Of a stretch of DNA of 64,000 nt, positions 1 to 8,996 are shown piece after piece. The first letter of the stretch is position 1; every line of letters begins with the position of its first letter. The notes under the pieces are model-generated. The model did not search any database, was not told the DNA's origin, and worked only from the letters and a program-made list of their open reading frames with translations. The stretch spans positions 486,650 through 550,649 of the forward strand of contig CAZBED010000001.1 in the NCBI GenBank assembly GCA_964490845.1, written 5' to 3'. Origin of the DNA: an uncultured Chitinophagales bacterium. GTDB taxonomy: Bacteria; Bacteroidota; Bacteroidia; Chitinophagales; JADIYW01. Made by a program: the position numbers and the translations under genes.

Positions 1-2857
1 TACCCGGTGCAGCAATGATGGTATCCGGAGCTGCATTTCTGACGGCAGGAAATAATACCAATTCACCTATCTGCATGGAAACATCGAAATGCTCTTCTTC
101 GTATCCGAAGCTGCCGGCCATACCGCAACATCCGCTTGGTATATGCTCCACATGATAATTTTCAGGCAAACTCAACAGCTGAATAGTATGGTCTATGGAG
201 GATAATGCTTTCTGATGACAATGACCGTGCAGCTTAATGTATTTCTTTTCAGTGGTAAACTGTTTGGACGTAATATTTCCTTTTTGGATTTCTTTAGCAA
301 GAAACTCGTCAATGATAAAACAGTTTTGAGCTAATTTTCGGGCATTCGGGATTTCGCTCTTATCAACCAGCCTTGGATATTCATCACGGAAGGATAAAAT
401 AGCGGATGGTTCAATGCCAATCAATGGTACATCTTTGTTCACCCAAGTACTGAAGATACGTACATTTTCATTGGCCAGTTCCTGTGCTTTCTTAATTAAA
501 CCTTTAGACATTTGGGCTCTCCCGCTATCGGCATGTTCCATATAAGCCACTTCATATCCCAGTCTTGCCAGCAACCGTAAAGCCTTGATACCAATTTCCA
601 CATCATTATAGTTGGTAAACTCATCAAAGAAGAAATAGACTTTTCCCTTGCGCTCACCCTGCGGCTGCAATTTGTCCTGATTCTTCTTATACCAGGTCAG
701 CAATGTCACTTTATGATATAAAGGCATAGAACGCTTTGGCGCAATCTTTAAGGCTTTTTTCAAAAGGGAAGAAGTGATTTTATTCGACAAACCAAAATTA
801 CTCAATCCGGGAAAGAGCATGGCCAGTTTACTCAGCTGACTGATATTGGCAATTGCCTTGGTTCTTAACGGTACGCCGTTCTCTTTATAGTATTGATATA
901 AAAACTCCGCCTTCAAGGTTGTGATATCGACATTGGACGGACACTCGGAAGAACAGCCTTTACAACTCAAACACAGATCCATTACTTCATGGATTTCCTT
1001 ATGATTGAATTTGTTGACTTCAGATGAATTGGATAAAAAATCCCGCAGTATGTTTGCCCGCGCACGGGTAGTATCTTTCTCATTACGGGTAGCCATATAA
1101 GACGGGCACATCGTACCGCCACTGCCGGGAAGTTTACGGCAATCACCGCTGCCGTTGCATTTTTCCGCAGCTCTTAAAATGCCGTCATCTTTCTCATAAT
1201 TGAAAATGGTGTCGAACTGACGTGTTTCCTGATTTTCTTCATAACGTAACGAAGTATCCATCGGCCGGGTGTCCACAATTTTGCCCGGATTAAAGATGTT
1301 ATGCGGGTCAAATGTATATTTTAACCTGCGTAGCAGCTGATAATTCCTCTCACCCACCATCAAAGGAATAAACTCTCCGCGGACACGGCCATCGCCATGT
1401 TCGCCACTAAGTGAGCCGTTATATTTTTTAACCAGTTTTGCTGACTCGGTCGCAATTGTCCTGAACAACACCCTGTCTTCCTTCTTCTTCAAATCGAGGA
1501 TCGGACGCAGGTGCAGTTCTCCTGCACCGGCATGTGCGTAATAAACGGACCGTTGCTGATGACTATTCATCATATCCGTAAACTCGCCGATATAGGCCGG
1601 CAAGTCCTCCACGGCAACCGCGGTATCTTCTATCACGGCTACTGCCTTCGGATCACCGGGAATATTGGCGAGCAAGCCTAATCCCGCTTTGCGAAGATTC
1701 CAGAGTTTGGTGGTATCATTGCCAAACAGAAACGGAAAGTGATATCCCACATTTTCTTTTTCAAAATCGCTTTGCAGCGTCCGTGCTTTTGCCTCCGCCT
1801 CTTCTTTGGTATCCGCATGAAACTCCACACACAAGATGGCTTCCGGGTCTCCTTTTACAAAGAATCTGTTTTTAGATTGCTCAATATTTTCTTTGGTGCA
1901 GTCCAAAATTATCTTATCCATCAACTCGCACGCCGTAGGCTGATGTTTCATGGCCAGTACGGTAGCACGCAAACTTTCTTCAAGCGTTTTAAAATGCACT
2001 GCCACTACTACTTTCTCTTTAGGCGGAAGCGGTACCAGATTTAATTTAATTTCTGTAACAAAAGCCAATGTACCCTCACTGCCACAAACCAGTTCGCACA
2101 GGTTAAACGGTGCACCCTGACTATCAAAAGGCTGCTGACGGATCAGCACATCAATGGCATAGCCGGTATTACGGCGGTGGATTTTTTGATTAGGAAACTG
2201 CGTTGTAATTTCTTCCTGTGTTTCTTTATCGGATAATGCTTCCAGCAGGAATTTATAAACCTGCCCTTCCAGATTATCCTGCATCAGTTTCTGCTGAAAG
2301 TCATCATGTGATAAAGCATTAAATTTCACTGCAGAACCATCGCTTAGCAATCCTTTCAATTCTAATACATGATTTCGGGTAGCCCCGTAAACGATAGAGT
2401 TCGTTCCGCAGGAGTTGTTTCCTACCATACCGCCAATCATCGCACGGTTAGCAGTAGAAGTTTCCGGAGCAAAAAATAAATCCAGAGATTTTAAATGCCT
2501 GTTTAACTCATCTCTTACCACACCTGGCTGAACGATGGCATATTTTTCTTCTTTATTAATTTCCAGAATCTTGTCAAAATATTTGGAAACATCAACGACG
2601 ATTCCGTTGCCGACGACCTGACCTCCTAAAGACGTACCGGCGGTGCGGGGTATCAGCGATGTCTTTTGTTTGTGGGCATACGTGATAAGTTTCCGGATGT
2701 CATCTTCCGACTTCGGATATGCGACTGCAAGAGGATATTCCTTATAAACGGATGCATCTGTGGCATAAAGCGTCCGCATTTTTGCATCATAGAAGAATTC
2801 ACCTTCCAATTGAGCAGCCAGGCTGTCCAGTAAAGGATTTTCAGTTGGTTGTTTCAT
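1..2857 (-). CDS. FAD-binding oxidoreductase fused to Fe-S/CCG domains (YdiJ / GlcD-GlpC-like); 3' end cut by window edge
   Basis: Uninterrupted minus-strand frame from ATG (2857-2855) to position 1. It is absent from the ORF track because no stop lies inside the window. Translation starts MKQPTENPLLDSLAAQLEGEFFYDAKMRTLYATDASVYKEYP. It contains an FAD-linked oxidase N-half (LIPRTAGTSLGGQVVG), the 4Fe-4S motif CLSCKGCSSECP, and C-terminal CCG-type cysteines (PSGCCGMAGSFG). Confidence 0.85.
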   Translation of the reverse strand, partial: MKQPTENPLLDSLAAQLEGEFFYDAKMRTLYATDASVYKEYPLAVAYPKSEDDIRKLITYAHKQKTSLIPRTAGTSLGGQVVGNGIVVDVSKYFDKILEINKEEKYAIVQPGVVRDELNRHLKSLDLFFAPETSTANRAMIGGMVGNNSCGTNSIVYGATRNHVLELKGLLSDGSAVKFNALSHDDFQQKLMQDNLEGQVYKFLLEALSDKETQEEITTQFPNQKIHRRNTGYAIDVLIRQQPFDSQGAPFNLCELVCGSEGTLAFVTEIKLNLVPLPPKEKVVVAVHFKTLEESLRATVLAMKHQPTACELMDKIILDCTKENIEQSKNRFFVKGDPEAILCVEFHADTKEEAEAKARTLQSDFEKENVGYHFPFLFGNDTTKLWNLRKAGLGLLANIPGDPKAVAVIEDTAVAVEDLPAYIGEFTDMMNSHQQRSVYYAHAGAGELHLRPILDLKKKEDRVLFRTIATESAKLVKKYNGSLSGEHGDGRVRGEFIPLMVGERNYQLLRRLKYTFDPHNIFNPGKIVDTRPMDTSLRYEENQETRQFDTIFNYEKDDGILRAAEKCNGSGDCRKLPGSGGTMCPSYMATRNEKDTTRARANILRDFLSNSSEVNKFNHKEIHEVMDLCLSCKGCSSECPSNVDITTLKAEFLYQYYKENGVPLRTKAIANISQLSKLAMLFPGLSNFGLSNKITSSLLKKALKIAPKRSMPLYHKVTLLTWYKKNQDKLQPQGERKGKVYFFFDEFTNYNDVEIGIKALRLLARLGYEVAYMEHADSGRAQMSKGLIKKAQELANENVRIFSTWVNKDVPLIGIEPSAILSFRDEYPRLVDKSEIPNARKLAQNCFIIDEFLAKEIQKGNITSKQFTTEKKYIKLHGHCHQKALSSIDHTIQLLSLPENYHVEHIPSGCCGMAGSFGYEEEHFDVSMQIGELVLFPAVRNAAPDTIIAAPG

Positions 2858-2970
2858 CACTCAGTATTCGTTGCTGTAACAAACGATATTAGTACGCTTT
2901 AAATTTACAAAATGAATGAGGGATTAGAAGCAATTCCATATTAAACAAAGAAGAAATAATATTTTAGAAA

Positions 2971-2995
2971 TAAAAAAGCCGTTCAAACGAACGGC
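2971..2995 (-). terminator. Rho-independent terminator downstream of the 137-aa gene
   Basis: On the minus strand: GCCGTTC-GTTT-GAACGGC followed by TTTTTTA, about 50 nt after the stop at 3045. Confidence 0.6.
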
Positions 2996-3044
2996 CAAAC
3001 GTAAAATCAACTAATACTAAATAATTTTATGGTGACGAAATATT

Positions 3045-3458
3045 TTACTTTTTGGATATAAACTGGTTGTCGATATTTTCAAAGTTGGAATACATGAAAT
3101 TATAGTCTATGGCGTTCTCCTTGCCATATTCATCTAAAACGAGTTTTCCATTCTTTTCAAACCATTTTCCGTTGATCTCAAAATTCTTGACCCTGTAATA
3201 ATTTTGAGGGCTGCTTGGTACCACCTGTACGTACTGATGATAGGTTCCGTCCGAGTTCAAAGACAGATAGTAGATTTTCTTGGCAATACCATTATCATAG
3301 GAAAAGGCCGATAAATCCTGTTCGTATTTCCATATACTCCGGATAACCACATTAGAATTTCGGTTATTTACCGTTAAATCCAAATCACTGCTGTCAGCGA
3401 ATAATTGAACAGGAATATGAAACAGAAAAAATAGTATAATGATGTAGATTATTCTCAT
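3045..3458 (-). CDS. small secreted hypothetical protein
   Basis: 137-aa ORF with an N-terminal hydrophobic signal (MRIIYIIILFFLFHIPVQLFA). A terminator follows it. No recognisable family. Confidence 0.6.
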   Translation of the reverse strand: MRIIYIIILFFLFHIPVQLFADSSDLDLTVNNRNSNVVIRSIWKYEQDLSAFSYDNGIAKKIYYLSLNSDGTYHQYVQVVPSSPQNYYRVKNFEINGKWFEKNGKLVLDEYGKENAIDYNFMYSNFENIDNQFISKK

Positions 3459-3561
3459 AAGCGTAGGTTTTTAATAATTTTCGGGTTTTCAGAGTGTTCT
3501 TAGCAGAACTTAGAATCATTAAATATAACAATATTTTTTAAAAAATGGTTTCTTTTTCTAT

Positions 3562-3591
3562 AAAAAAGTTTCACCTGAGAGTGAAACTTTT
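3562..3591 (-). terminator. hairpin plus T-tract, about 280 nt downstream of the 1006-aa T9SS cargo gene
   Basis: On the minus strand: AAAAGTTTCAC-TCTCAG-GTGAAACTTTT running into a T-run. It lies inside the only long non-coding gap in the window (3459-3870). Confidence 0.45.
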
Positions 3592-3870
3592 AGAAAACTT
3601 CAAATTTTTCAAGGGGAATAAGCTTCTAAATACTTTAGGGCCTTTTAAAAGCCGTAAACAACAGATAAAGAGAGAGAAACGTAAACAATCTGTTTGTTGA
3701 CACAATATTACAACGGAATTTATTCTCTGAAATCCTCACTTTGTATATGGCGGTTTTAAATGCCTAAATGGTGGATTTGGGTTGGTAAGTGGCAAAATAC
3801 AGTAGTTTTGTTGACATAAATCAATAAACCCTCATAAATATTTACCAAGTAACTGGATTATAAATAAAAA

Positions 3871-6800
3871 TTAGCGATTTGAGATGATAATTTTAACATT
3901 ATCAGCAGTTTTACCGTCTTCTGATATTGATAGAAGATATATGCCTGATGTCAGACCATTTACATCAAAAGATATAAAGTTTTGATTATGAGAGATGTAA
4001 GAATAAACTATTTTTCCATTTACATCAATGATTTTAATGTTCTTCACTGACAAAGGGTTATGAAATGATACATTTATTGCATTTGTTGCTGGATTTGGGA
4101 AGACTGTATAAGATGTTGGGCTGCTAAAATTCTGACTATATCCGGAAACCAGGGAAATTGTAGTAGTTGTTGAATTTGTAATAACGGGTTCATTATAATC
4201 AAATTTAATACCCGCCCTGTTTTGAATAGTAGTACCGTTATTTAAAATACTGTTGGGTTTGACCAAATATGAGACAGAAGAGTAAGCATTTGGCGGTAAC
4301 CAAATAGGATCAAAAGAAAAAGAAAGTATGTTCGGTGAAATTACCTTTGCTTCATAATTGAATTGGGCTTTTAAAAGCCTTAGCGTTTTTAAATCCAGGT
4401 TATTGTCAAGGGTGTCAAGAATCTGTATCCTAAATGCCGTATCATTACCGGTATTCTCAAATCGTATTGTGTATTTGATGTATTTTCCTGCATTCATATC
4501 ATTTTGTGAATATTCGTAGCAGTCTGCAAGTTTGTCATTTGGATCAAAGGAGCCACTCATAATATCTTTCAAAACTGAGATGTTGTCCTGAGGGGTTGTA
4601 TCATTTCCGTTCAGATAAACTATTGCTGATGAAATTAAAGTGTCACCGACATTATTGACGGGTGGTTCTTTATAATGGAAAAAGAAATTTGCAGTTATCT
4701 CTTCAAAAGGGTCTAAGTTATGGATTGTCCAAATTAGCGTATCCTCAATGGATGCGACAGGTGGAAAGGTTGTTATACTATCTATCCAATCAGACATTTT
4801 AACCTTTACAACAGCATCCTCAGTCGTTGTTCCGTTATTAATGACATTTATAGTATAGGAACCATAAAAACCTGGTCTGCCGTGTCTATTATTATTAAAT
4901 TGAATCATTAAATCATTGACTTGAAGAACAGGCTGCAGGGCAAATGTTATTGTGTCAGTATTTTGATAGGAGGAATAATATTTTATAATTGAGTCAGGGT
5001 TAGCGATATAATAGTTGTTATCATTAATTAATTTAACAATGTAGAGACCTGTATCAACGTATATTGGATTCGAACTACTGTTATGGAAATAGGTAACTGT
5101 AGGTATATTATTCTTACTAATGGAAAGATGGTTATTTAATACTATTTGTTCAGTGCTGTCTAATATTGAATTGCTGTTCCTATCAATAAATACGTTGGGT
5201 ACTATGGTATTAAAATCTATTGAAGAAATACAAGAATAAATGTCTACATCATTGGAACTACAGATTTCATTCCCAAAGCCAACCAGTGCATATTCCTTGT
5301 CTGAAATTCGTTTTACTTTCTTCCATGCATGTTGCATAGTTTCAAATACAGGAGAGGTCAGGTTACAAACTATCGAGGAATCTACTTGTTTTCCGCTGTT
5401 AAACTCTAGTATATAGTCCCATATTTGTGAAGTATCATATTCTGCAGGATATGAATGTGAATATTCCATAAATACATGAACGAGTCTTTCTTTTCCAGCT
5501 ATGGTTTCAATCTGAGGTTCAATTCTAAAGTAATCTTGACTTAAATATGTATTTTCCCAAATCCGATCCCTAGGCACAGTAAATGACCACAAATGCCTCC
5601 CTTCCTGATTAAACTTAGAAATTATAAAATTGTACCCATTTAACAGTACATTCTCTGTCAATACGAGGATGGAAGCATCTGATAATATCTTGTAATAGAT
5701 CACCCTTTGTTGCAACCCCGTCGGAATGGAGTCAAGTTCGATTTTCTGAATCAGATGTCCTGATAAATCAAAACACATAATGGTGGAAGTCGAAAAAACC
5801 GTATCGCTTATACTTGTATTTTTTCTGTGAAAATATGGGATAAAAACCTGGTTGTTACTGATTTTTATATCAAATTGAGGCCGATTAAAATAATCCAGTT
5901 CATCTTGTAATATTTCATTATAATAATTTCCTCCCGAAAAATAGTTGGGCGAAACGATCGTATCAAAATTTGTGTCCGTGAAATACAATCTCAAACTATA
6001 CGAATTGCCATTATAAGCTACCAGTATTGTTTGAGGGCTGAATTGAAACAGTTTGCACCTATTACTGTAAGTGCCTTCCGAAAATCTGTTTTCCAATACT
6101 CTTGAGCTTACAACTTGCATATTCGTATCCAGCGTAATGCCCATCACTCCGATTTTTTGCGTCATTCCCGGTTCAAAGAAATTCAGTGTAGAGACACTAT
6201 AAATATATTGGGCGTCTGCTGTGACATCTACTAACCAATCTGCATAAATGTCTGTTGTTGCAGGAGTAGCAGCAAGATATTTTAACGTATCAAGCTGTGT
6301 TCTGATTATATACTTCTGCAATCTCAAAGAACCATCCTTGTTTAACACTACTATGCCGATGCTGTCAGGTTTATAATTTAAATCCCATAGATTGTATTTA
6401 ATGGTATAACCTCCATCCAGATTATCTTTCAACGCTATGTCAAAATTGATTTTTTTCTCAATTGGAACAATCTTTAAAATATTCAGGTCAAAATCAAAAA
6501 CAATGAATCTATTAATGTAATTATAGCTATGATCAGTACTGTCTATACTACATAAGATTGAGTTCCCTGTCCTATTAATTTTAAAATCAAAACCCATTGA
6601 AAGCTCATTCTCTTTAGACAAGAAAACTTTCTTCACCAATTTAAGATTGGAATCAAATTTTAAGAGCCAGAATGATGAATCAAGGTTGTCCTGAAAATAT
6701 GTATCTGATTTTTCTACATAAACCAATGCTATCAAACCACCATCCGGCGTCTGATACTGATACCTGATATCGTCTGTTCCTGCATTTGTAAAGCAATCCG

Positions 6801-6891
6801 TTTGGGTGATATGAAACACTGACTGTGCGGCAGTATTTAAAGAAAACAGAAACGAAAGTAATAGAAGTAAAAATGAAATTTGATGACTCAT
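3871..6891 (-). CDS. large secreted T9SS cargo protein (adhesin-like; DUF11-type repeat region plus type-A C-terminal sorting domain)
   Basis: Signal peptide MSHQISFLLLLLSFLFSLNTAAQ. Internal segment ..YTINVINNGTTTEDAVVKVKM.. and the motif GSFDPNDK. The C-terminus (VFPNPATNAINVSF...GIYLLSISEDGKTADNVKIIISNR) is a typical Por/T9SS CTD. Confidence 0.9.
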   Translation of the reverse strand: MSHQISFLLLLLSFLFSLNTAAQSVFHITQTDCFTNAGTDDIRYQYQTPDGGLIALVYVEKSDTYFQDNLDSSFWLLKFDSNLKLVKKVFLSKENELSMGFDFKINRTGNSILCSIDSTDHSYNYINRFIVFDFDLNILKIVPIEKKINFDIALKDNLDGGYTIKYNLWDLNYKPDSIGIVVLNKDGSLRLQKYIIRTQLDTLKYLAATPATTDIYADWLVDVTADAQYIYSVSTLNFFEPGMTQKIGVMGITLDTNMQVVSSRVLENRFSEGTYSNRCKLFQFSPQTILVAYNGNSYSLRLYFTDTNFDTIVSPNYFSGGNYYNEILQDELDYFNRPQFDIKISNNQVFIPYFHRKNTSISDTVFSTSTIMCFDLSGHLIQKIELDSIPTGLQQRVIYYKILSDASILVLTENVLLNGYNFIISKFNQEGRHLWSFTVPRDRIWENTYLSQDYFRIEPQIETIAGKERLVHVFMEYSHSYPAEYDTSQIWDYILEFNSGKQVDSSIVCNLTSPVFETMQHAWKKVKRISDKEYALVGFGNEICSSNDVDIYSCISSIDFNTIVPNVFIDRNSNSILDSTEQIVLNNHLSISKNNIPTVTYFHNSSSNPIYVDTGLYIVKLINDNNYYIANPDSIIKYYSSYQNTDTITFALQPVLQVNDLMIQFNNNRHGRPGFYGSYTINVINNGTTTEDAVVKVKMSDWIDSITTFPPVASIEDTLIWTIHNLDPFEEITANFFFHYKEPPVNNVGDTLISSAIVYLNGNDTTPQDNISVLKDIMSGSFDPNDKLADCYEYSQNDMNAGKYIKYTIRFENTGNDTAFRIQILDTLDNNLDLKTLRLLKAQFNYEAKVISPNILSFSFDPIWLPPNAYSSVSYLVKPNSILNNGTTIQNRAGIKFDYNEPVITNSTTTTISLVSGYSQNFSSPTSYTVFPNPATNAINVSFHNPLSVKNIKIIDVNGKIVYSYISHNQNFISFDVNGLTSGIYLLSISEDGKTADNVKIIISNR

Positions 6892-6919
6892 ATAATAAAT
6901 ATACTAATTATTTAGTATA

Positions 6920-8923
6920 TCACCAAATCTTGACTCTGTCTTCACTTTTGCGCCACATTTTATCTCCTTTTTGGATTCCAAATGCATCATACCATTCATC
7001 AATGTTGGAAAAAGGCCCGTTTACGCGTAAAAAAGGAGGAGAGTGAACATCGGTCATCACTCGGCTTGCCAGTTCTTCCTCTCTGGCATGGCCGAGCCAT
7101 CCAAGTGCATAGCCTAAAAAATAGCGTTGTAAGGGCGTTAACCCATCAATACTCTTACCTTCTTTATACTGTGCTGTCTTCTTGAAAGCATCCAGAGCGA
7201 TGACCAGACCGCCCAAATCGGCGATATTTTCACCAAGAGTAGCCTTTCCATTGATATGAAGGCTATCCAGCACAACATAATTATTGAATTGTTCTACATA
7301 TCTGGCGGCTTTTTCATTGAATTTTTTCTCATCGTCTTCCTGCCACCAGTTTTGAAGATTTCCCTTATCATCAAACTGGCGTCCCTCATCATCAAAACCG
7401 TGCGTGATTTCGTGACCGATTGTGGAAGCGGCGGCATAGCCGTAAATCACGGCATCATCAATTTCTGCGTCTTTATGGCCGGGGATGACAAAAATTCCAG
7501 CCGGCAAAACAATTTCATTATTAGACGGATTGTAATAGGCATTATAGGTTTGGGGTGTCATATCCCATTCCGTTCTGTCTACAGGTTTATTCAATTTTGC
7601 AATCGCGTAGTTAAACCAGAATTTATTCGCATTGCGTATATTCTCTACAATGGATTTATCATTTAGCTTCATGGAGGAAAAATCTTTCCATTTATCCGGA
7701 TAACCCACTTTCTTCATCACTGTACTCAATTTTTGCAGCGACTTTTGTTTGGTAGCTTCGCTCATCCAGTCTAAATTTTTGATACGCTCCGCAAATGCGG
7801 CAAATACGTTATCGCAAAGCGTTTCATAGCGCTGTTTGGTCTCAGGGGGAAAATTATCCTTTACATATAATTGCCCCAACACCTCCCCCATGGCGGCTTC
7901 TTCCCAAATCAGCGCACGTTTCCAGCGCGGCAATTGTTCTTTTTTACCGCGGATTACGGTGCTGTAAAACCTGAAATCTTCTTTTTCGACTTTACTGAAT
8001 AAATAGTCAGCATAAGAAGACAGCACATGAAAACGCAAGTAGTTTTTCCAGGTGGACAACGGTATTTTAGTTAAAACACTATTCAGTTGAGTAAAGAATT
8101 CTGGCTGGCCGACAATAACGGAGTCCGTCTTGATATTCATTTGGGCAAATATCGTATTCCAGTTCAACTTTGGTGTCAGTTTGTTCAAATCGGCAACCGA
8201 CATTTTGTTATAGTTTGCGTACGGGTCGCGCAGGTCTTCCAGCTTTCTGGATTTTTCGGCTAACATCTTTTCCAGGCTGTAAACACTTGCAGCACTGTTT
8301 TGAAATGCGGGATTGATATACCCGAGCATTCTGAGCAGATGTTTGGTTTTATAATCCGTCACTATCTTAACTGTCCGGGCATCTTTATTGAAGTAATAAT
8401 CTCTGTTGGGCAATCCCAGTCCGCCCTGTGATAAGTACAGTGCATTGATTTCACTGTTTTTCATATCCTGATAGATGCCTAAATCAAAAGCAACCGGGAT
8501 GCCTTCAGAATGCAGGGTCGTGATGGTTTTTATCAGGCCTTTAATATCCTGTATACCATTAATCATGGATAATTCAGCGGAGATAGGTGTCAGTTTTACC
8601 TTCTCAATCAGCAGCGTATCCATGGCGGTAAAGTAGAAATTATGGATTTTTCGGGTATTTTGATCCGATGAAGAGCTGATTAGTGCCTTTTCATTGATGG
8701 CTTTCAGTTTCATCCATACATCTTCCTGCACCAGATTGCCGATACCCCACTGGGAGTAGGCTGCCGGAATCGGATTTTGTCTTATCCAGCCTCCATTGGC
8801 GTATTTGAAAAAGTCTTCGCCGGGCTTGGCCGTATTGTCAATATTTGCACCTACCACATCGTTTGACCGGGCAAACGTCAATGCGGAAATGAAGGACAGA
8901 AAAAGAAAAATCAGCTTATTCAT
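6920..8923 (-). CDS. M13 family zinc metallopeptidase (neprilysin/PepO-like)
   Basis: HEITHGFDD (HExxH) and GENIADLGG motifs; signal peptide; 667 aa. Confidence 0.95.
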   Translation of the reverse strand: MNKLIFLFLSFISALTFARSNDVVGANIDNTAKPGEDFFKYANGGWIRQNPIPAAYSQWGIGNLVQEDVWMKLKAINEKALISSSSDQNTRKIHNFYFTAMDTLLIEKVKLTPISAELSMINGIQDIKGLIKTITTLHSEGIPVAFDLGIYQDMKNSEINALYLSQGGLGLPNRDYYFNKDARTVKIVTDYKTKHLLRMLGYINPAFQNSAASVYSLEKMLAEKSRKLEDLRDPYANYNKMSVADLNKLTPKLNWNTIFAQMNIKTDSVIVGQPEFFTQLNSVLTKIPLSTWKNYLRFHVLSSYADYLFSKVEKEDFRFYSTVIRGKKEQLPRWKRALIWEEAAMGEVLGQLYVKDNFPPETKQRYETLCDNVFAAFAERIKNLDWMSEATKQKSLQKLSTVMKKVGYPDKWKDFSSMKLNDKSIVENIRNANKFWFNYAIAKLNKPVDRTEWDMTPQTYNAYYNPSNNEIVLPAGIFVIPGHKDAEIDDAVIYGYAAASTIGHEITHGFDDEGRQFDDKGNLQNWWQEDDEKKFNEKAARYVEQFNNYVVLDSLHINGKATLGENIADLGGLVIALDAFKKTAQYKEGKSIDGLTPLQRYFLGYALGWLGHAREEELASRVMTDVHSPPFLRVNGPFSNIDEWYDAFGIQKGDKMWRKSEDRVKIW

Positions 8924-8996
8924 AAAAAAAAATTAAGATTGCTAAATTAGTGAATAAAATGAAGGAAATATTACAATTACTCCTAAAGGATGACTT

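Noticed and set aside
1739-2044. 101-aa plus-strand ORF in the track
   Set aside because: It lies entirely antisense within the long, motif-rich FAD/Fe-S oxidoreductase frame. The translation is low-complexity with no signal or motif.
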